Assembly (NCBI GenBank): GCA_903944345.1
Contig: CAJARJ010000002.1
Location: 65,969 to 129,968 of the forward strand
Direction of reading: 5' to 3'
DNA length: 64,000 nucleotides
Origin: Candidatus Omnitrophota bacterium
Lineage (GTDB): Bacteria; Omnitrophota; Gorgyraeia; Zapsychrales; Fredricksoniimonadaceae
Shown: piece after piece, positions 59,533 through 64,000 of the stretch
Layout of the letters: each line of letters begins with the position of its first letter
Numbering within the stretch: position 1 is the first letter of the stretch
Notes under the pieces: generated by a model
Databases searched by the model: none
What the model saw: only the letters and a program-made list of their open reading frames with translations
Told to the model about the DNA's origin: nothing
Made by a program: the position numbers and the translations under genes

Positions 59533-59862
59533 TTACCCCCTGCCTTCATTCTTCTCTGATAACTCAATTGCATACAGAACAACCTTCACTATATCCTTTA
59601 GTAATGCCGGATTGTCCGACGTATGAACTTTCAAATTAGGTCTTAGAATCTGTTTTCTAGTCGGAAGAATAGCGATGACCTCCTTTAATATTTCTTCCCT
59701 GTCCTTGTCAGAAAAATATTTTGAGTCAGCCCATTCATCAAACAGCGACAGCAAGTCTCTATCCGGGAATTTACTTTCGTAATCCCGGAACTTTTCTGCC
59801 TGTTCTCTGATAAAGGCTTTGGATGCCATATTGGCAGTCTCCATAATCAAAACTTCGTCCAC
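59533..59862 (-). CDS. Hypothetical protein
   Basis: 109 aa ORF coupled to its neighbours within the element. Confidence 0.65.
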   Translation of the reverse strand: MDEVLIMETANMASKAFIREQAEKFRDYESKFPDRDLLSLFDEWADSKYFSDKDREEILKEVIAILPTRKQILRPNLKVHTSDNPALLKDIVKVVLYAIELSEKNEGRG

Positions 59863-60488
59863 AGGTTCTTGTATTTTCTAAGCGAAAGAATGTAATTCTT
59901 GATGACGTTCTTCCCATTCCTTATTAGCTCGACTCTTGAAATGTATTCAAAGGAATGAGGAGCATATTTCCTTAACGCTTCGGTAAAATCAGCGAAAACT
60001 TCCTCACACTGTTCATAGTTGCGCTCGTTCCAACACTCGTTCATCACGTTATCAACGTAGTTGTTCAGCATTTCCCTTTTCCATGCTTCAGAGATTGCAG
60101 AAAGAACACTGCCAAGCCCGCCCTCAGTGCCGGATGTTGCACGAAACAAAGCCTCGTCAAAATCCAAAATCTGCTTTAAAAGCCGTTTTGCTTCTCCAAG
60201 GGCAAAATTATTGCCGGGGTCAAAACCATGAAACATTCTCATGTAGTAAAACCGCATGAAGTCAGCAAGAACGCTCTCAAACTCTTCGCTGGAATAGACG
60301 ACTGAACTTTTTAGCTGATACGCGCCCCGGACAGTGTCATGTGGCACTTCGATTTCTCTTACCAATCGTGCGGGGTGAAGCCTCTCAAGCATTCGTGCAA
60401 ATCTTCCGGGCATAAATTCCTCCTTGTTAAATCTGGTCAAAAATTTTCTTTTGCGGTTGAACTTTCTCAGCCTTCTTTTCGACGCCAT
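59847..60488 (-). CDS. Hypothetical protein
   Basis: 213 aa ORF in an operon with the ATPase; true start may be the downstream ATG (MPGRF). Confidence 0.7.
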   Translation of the reverse strand: MASKRRLRKFNRKRKFLTRFNKEEFMPGRFARMLERLHPARLVREIEVPHDTVRGAYQLKSSVVYSSEEFESVLADFMRFYYMRMFHGFDPGNNFALGEAKRLLKQILDFDEALFRATSGTEGGLGSVLSAISEAWKREMLNNYVDNVMNECWNERNYEQCEEVFADFTEALRKYAPHSFEYISRVELIRNGKNVIKNYILSLRKYKNLWTKF

Positions 60489-62733
60489 GTTTCATGTAAT
60501 ACTTTTCAAAGCACATTGCCTTAATTTGCTCAGACAAGTCTTCTCTGTCAGAGCCAGGCCTTGGAGTGTTGATTTTCACAACCTCGTTATCACGGCAGAC
60601 AAATGCTGTGAACGGTTTTAGTTTCGTAAACTCTTCCGGCGGGATTCTTGTCGATTTTGAGATTTCCTCCGCATCTTCCCGGCGGAGCTTGAAATAAATC
60701 TGAGTGCCTGCAATCGCAAGAACATCCCTTGTCTTGCCCTCGACCTGACTCAAATATTGATGCGCAAAAATTACAGAAAGTTGATACTTAGATAATGCCG
60801 ATACCTGAATATCTAAGTCACCCGGCCCCATATAAAATTCGTCTTTTATCAGGGTGAACGGTTTTCTCTCGTGGAATGGAATGTTCGCTCGCTGAATTAT
60901 GAGATTGTTTACAAACGAATCGAACAAGCCCGCGAGAAGCGATGCTCTTTGTTTTCCGATTGAGCCGCAGGAAAGATTGACGAGACAAAGCTTGCCATTC
61001 TCCATTATGTCCTTAAGAGAAATCTTGTTTTTATCGTCTTCAAGTGTAAAGAATCTTAGACTGCCCTCATCGAGCAAGAGATGACTAAGCCTGCTTAAAA
61101 CAGGAGCCATCGAGTCATAATTTGAATACTGGATTTCATCGAGAAAATTAATGACAATCGGATGGGTTATTTTTGATTTAATTTTTTCACGGATTACTTT
61201 TCCCTTTGCGCTTTTTGAAAGAAGAAGTCTTAAATCAGCGAAATTGATTTCCGGAACGCTCGCATAAATATAAAACACGCACGAAAAGCCGAACGCCATC
61301 TTTGGCCCAAACCAAGCCTGACTATTCTTTGTGCTGGTGATTGTTTCCATGCTTGCGCTCATGTCATCACTGAACTTTCCAGCTCCGACAAGAGAAGCAT
61401 TAAGATTTTCTCTAATGGTCAACAACGGGGTCAGACCTTTTATCCCAAAATCAATGAAAACAACCTTACTAATTAAATGAACAGGGATGCGCGACATAAT
61501 GCCCGAATTCAAATCACCTTGAAAATCAACGACCATGACTGACTCGCCATTCTCAACTTTCTTAATAGCCAAATCAGCCAGTAAGACTGACTTTCCTGCA
61601 CGGGGCGCACCCATGATATGGATGTGCGGATTGAATCGCTGGACTGGTGAAAAGACACCAACCCCCTGCCCGCAAGCCCATGTCCCAAGTAGCACGTCAG
61701 ACTTTTCTGCTGTCTTCTTTGGATAATCTCCGGCAGGAACTCTTAAAAAAATATCATCAAACTCCTTATCTCCCATGATACCGACAGGCATATGAAGAAT
61801 GCCAGCAAGCTCATGCGAATTGACAAGAAAGCCAGAATGAAATGACACGCGGTCATTTGCCATCTGCAATATTGCTTCCGGGGTGAAATCTTTTCTAATC
61901 AGGAAAGCTTTATCGTCGTAAACGTAATTCGCTATGAAGGCATTAATAGATGCTTCGCATGTTATGTCAGGGAGTAGAAGGCGAAAACTGCACGAGTAAT
62001 ACGACCTGAATTCCGGGCTTTTGTATTCAAGCTTTTTGTTTACCGACCCTGCCTGTTCGCTGGGACTTGTCACGCGGTCAATCCCGTGAATTGCCTTCCA
62101 TTCAGTATCAACGCATTCTGAAACTATGGCATGTACTGCTCCTGAAAGTCCCATGATTAGAACCTGGTAGATTCCCTTCTTATCCTCAGGAATTTGAAGG
62201 AACATCTGAGCAAGAAGATTAAGAGGACTTACGATAAAACCGCGATATGAGCTCATGTTTTTATAGAACGGGGCTGAAATATCAGGGACAAAGTCATAGA
62301 CGACAAGACTCCCTTCATTCTTTTCCGGTTCAACAATCTCCGTATGAACATGTGAAAAGAAAGTCTTTACTGCTGCATCAACAATCCGGATATCCGACTC
62401 CTCACCATAAAAACTGATAAGGATTTCTTTGCAGTTGCCCCTAATTTCAAAGACAATTTGCGAAGCTGTATTGTGTAGACTTTCAGCAAATTGTTCCGAG
62501 AGCAGGAAGAAATTCTCAACATCTGCTTTCGCAGGATAGACATTCAGCGTCTTTGGATTCTTGTATGAGAATTCAGTTACAGGAGAAAGAAGCCTCGGCG
62601 TCAGATTAACTGGCTTATCTGAAACCTCGTGCGTGCAGGCATTCATGTTATTGTTCTGAAGCTCACACAAAGACATCTTCTTCAGCGATTCTTCGACGAA
62701 GTATTTAAGAAAATGCGAACAAGGAACTGACAT
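60427..62733 (-). CDS. VirD4/TraG/TraD-like coupling ATPase (HerA/FtsK superfamily)
   Basis: HIHIMGAPRAGKS Walker A, VVDFQGD, LIKDEF Walker B, IFAHQYLSQV. Confidence 0.85.
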   Translation of the reverse strand: MSVPCSHFLKYFVEESLKKMSLCELQNNNMNACTHEVSDKPVNLTPRLLSPVTEFSYKNPKTLNVYPAKADVENFFLLSEQFAESLHNTASQIVFEIRGNCKEILISFYGEESDIRIVDAAVKTFFSHVHTEIVEPEKNEGSLVVYDFVPDISAPFYKNMSSYRGFIVSPLNLLAQMFLQIPEDKKGIYQVLIMGLSGAVHAIVSECVDTEWKAIHGIDRVTSPSEQAGSVNKKLEYKSPEFRSYYSCSFRLLLPDITCEASINAFIANYVYDDKAFLIRKDFTPEAILQMANDRVSFHSGFLVNSHELAGILHMPVGIMGDKEFDDIFLRVPAGDYPKKTAEKSDVLLGTWACGQGVGVFSPVQRFNPHIHIMGAPRAGKSVLLADLAIKKVENGESVMVVDFQGDLNSGIMSRIPVHLISKVVFIDFGIKGLTPLLTIRENLNASLVGAGKFSDDMSASMETITSTKNSQAWFGPKMAFGFSCVFYIYASVPEINFADLRLLLSKSAKGKVIREKIKSKITHPIVINFLDEIQYSNYDSMAPVLSRLSHLLLDEGSLRFFTLEDDKNKISLKDIMENGKLCLVNLSCGSIGKQRASLLAGLFDSFVNNLIIQRANIPFHERKPFTLIKDEFYMGPGDLDIQVSALSKYQLSVIFAHQYLSQVEGKTRDVLAIAGTQIYFKLRREDAEEISKSTRIPPEEFTKLKPFTAFVCRDNEVVKINTPRPGSDREDLSEQIKAMCFEKYYMKHGVEKKAEKVQPQKKIFDQI

Positions 62734-62742
62734 AACCTTCTC

Positions 62743-63516
62743 CTATATGATTGCTTTCCCCGTTTCACCCGCACCCGGCACAGACCAGATGTTTGCCTTT
62801 ATTCCCGATTGAATCAGTTGCGGCATGGTGGTTATCCAGATGAACCCATCCCTGTCTACCGACGATATAATTCTGGATATGGATTTAAGCCTAGCTGTGT
62901 TGTTTGCAATGAAGAGAACTCTAAAACGGGTAAAGTTACAGCTGAACCATTCTTCATATTCTTTCGTCTCGTTCTCCTGAAACATCGAGACGTATTTGAG
63001 AAATTTTTTCTCAATATCCTCGTTATAGGAAGGGGCGGGCGAAGATATAATTTCCGTTCCTGAACAAATTTCCAGAAGGAATAATGCATGCTTGTTGTTC
63101 CGCTTTAGAACAAAAACGCCGTCCGGAATTATCTTGAGTTGATATCTCTCTCTCAAAATATGTTCCGGCATCACCTCGCATTCAACATCACCGCCTTTAA
63201 ACTGGCTATAGATATCGACGAGAGTCTTAATGTTTTCCTGCTGGTGCCCAAGCTTTAAGGATATGCGGGGCTTTGAGTACCGGACGCCAAAAGACTTGGC
63301 GCAATCTTCAGTGAGGTAAAATAGATGCGCCGACTTCCCCACGTTGACACTCGGCAACATGACAAAAGACAATAGACCGCCGCTGACAAGCTTTCTCATA
63401 CGACGCTGAACTGCCTTGATGTGCATACCAAACAACTCAGATATATGCCCGGAAGAAAGGCAATGAAACCTCGCTATGAAACTTAATATTTGTTTGTCCC
63501 GTTCCTGTAGCCTCAT
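62743..63516 (-). CDS. Replication-relaxation family protein
   Basis: N-terminal wHTH (LQERDKQIL...QRRMRKL), IPDGVF, FLLEICSGTE, KFLKY, FRVLFI. Confidence 0.8.
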   Translation of the reverse strand: MRLQERDKQILSFIARFHCLSSGHISELFGMHIKAVQRRMRKLVSGGLLSFVMLPSVNVGKSAHLFYLTEDCAKSFGVRYSKPRISLKLGHQQENIKTLVDIYSQFKGGDVECEVMPEHILRERYQLKIIPDGVFVLKRNNKHALFLLEICSGTEIISSPAPSYNEDIEKKFLKYVSMFQENETKEYEEWFSCNFTRFRVLFIANNTARLKSISRIISSVDRDGFIWITTMPQLIQSGIKANIWSVPGAGETGKAII

Positions 63517-63530
63517 TGCCCTTCCTTTCC

Positions 63531-63731
63531 TTAGAATTGTTCTTCGTCCAACGACAGTTTGAATGGCTCAAAAACAAAAACTCCACCAATCCCGCCACAA
63601 CACATGCATTTAATTGCAGTAGGTTTCTGCACCCACTGCTCCCCGCCAAAAATGTCAGCCTTTATTTCTACCCCCATATGCACCTGCCATCCGGAACCAT
63701 TGCAAATCGAACATCTTTTCCACTTATGCAT
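63531..63731 (-). CDS. 66 aa protein with two CxxCxGxG motifs
   Basis: CSICNGSG...CMCCGGIG; AAGGAGG RBS. Confidence 0.7.
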   Translation of the reverse strand: MHKWKRCSICNGSGWQVHMGVEIKADIFGGEQWVQKPTAIKCMCCGGIGGVFVFEPFKLSLDEEQF

Positions 63732-63741
63732 AAACGCCTCC

Positions 63742-63942
63742 TTAGAAAACGATTCGTTCTTTTCCTGTGTCACAATCAACTTTCACAATCTGCCATCCCC
63801 TGCCATGACAAACACTGCATGGACGAACATGAGGCGTTCCACAAAATTCATTCGATGAATATGACCTTCTTGATACTCCGCTTACTTCAAAGCCCTTGCC
63901 GTTACAGCAATAACAGTCACGTTTCTCGTCGTATTCGAACAT
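63742..63942 (-). CDS. 66 aa protein with two CxxCxGxG motifs
   Basis: CYCCNGKG...CSVCHGRG; GGAGG RBS. Confidence 0.7.
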   Translation of the reverse strand: MFEYDEKRDCYCCNGKGFEVSGVSRRSYSSNEFCGTPHVRPCSVCHGRGWQIVKVDCDTGKERIVF

Positions 63943-64000
63943 AAATTGCCTCCATTTTCTTGAATCGGTTAATTTGATTTTTTCCCTCTTACGCATCAAC

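Larger units (their letters stand above)
57727..64000. mobile_element. Integrative (probably mobilizable or conjugative) element inserted in comEC; continues beyond the window
   Basis: Visible drop in GC after about 57730; integrase, HTH, coupling-protein-like ATPase and replication-relaxation gene; left boundary approximate. Confidence 0.88.

Noticed and set aside
1-64000. tRNA, rRNA, CRISPR arrays, IS transposases; near-total minus-strand gene orientation
   Set aside because: No such RNA genes, arrays or transposases were recognisable by eye; the strand bias is most simply leading-strand co-orientation.

Overview
Bacterial chromosomal window of roughly 54% GC (by eye), most likely Candidatus Omnitrophota (PVC); the taxonomy is inferred from gene content. 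Every credible gene except rpsT is on the minus strand. Housekeeping content includes accD, DUF1015, hflX, miaA, secA, prfB, ychF, uvrC, murJ, rpsT, holA, lptE and bamD. There is also a heat-shock cluster (HspR-like, two Hsp20, N-domain-less ClpB, hrcA-grpE-dnaK-dnaJ) with two CIRCE-like operators, a T2SS/type IV pilus-like operon and a GldAFG-like ABC transporter. Three features stand out. (1) Four dispersed paralogs share a signal peptide, a conserved ~330 aa N-domain ending YFSGG and a conserved C-terminal GGID tail. Between these they carry unrelated, normally cytoplasmic cargo (GlmS-like; YvcK/CofD-like plus HAD; glycogen-synthase-like; unknown), bracketed by short D-x-[AS]-[MQ] motifs. 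This looks like a modular cargo-export or polyprotein system. (2) The leader of the largest paralog holds two tandem attenuators, each with two AxxGxx hexaloop hairpins overlapping an intrinsic terminator, which is the ANTAR antitermination signature. (3) A lower-GC integrative element (large serine recombinase, MerR-type HTH, VirD4-like ATPase, replication-relaxation protein, twin Zn-finger microproteins) is inserted at the conserved HxxAISG motif of comEC and runs off the right end. All family calls are by motif recognition, not database search.
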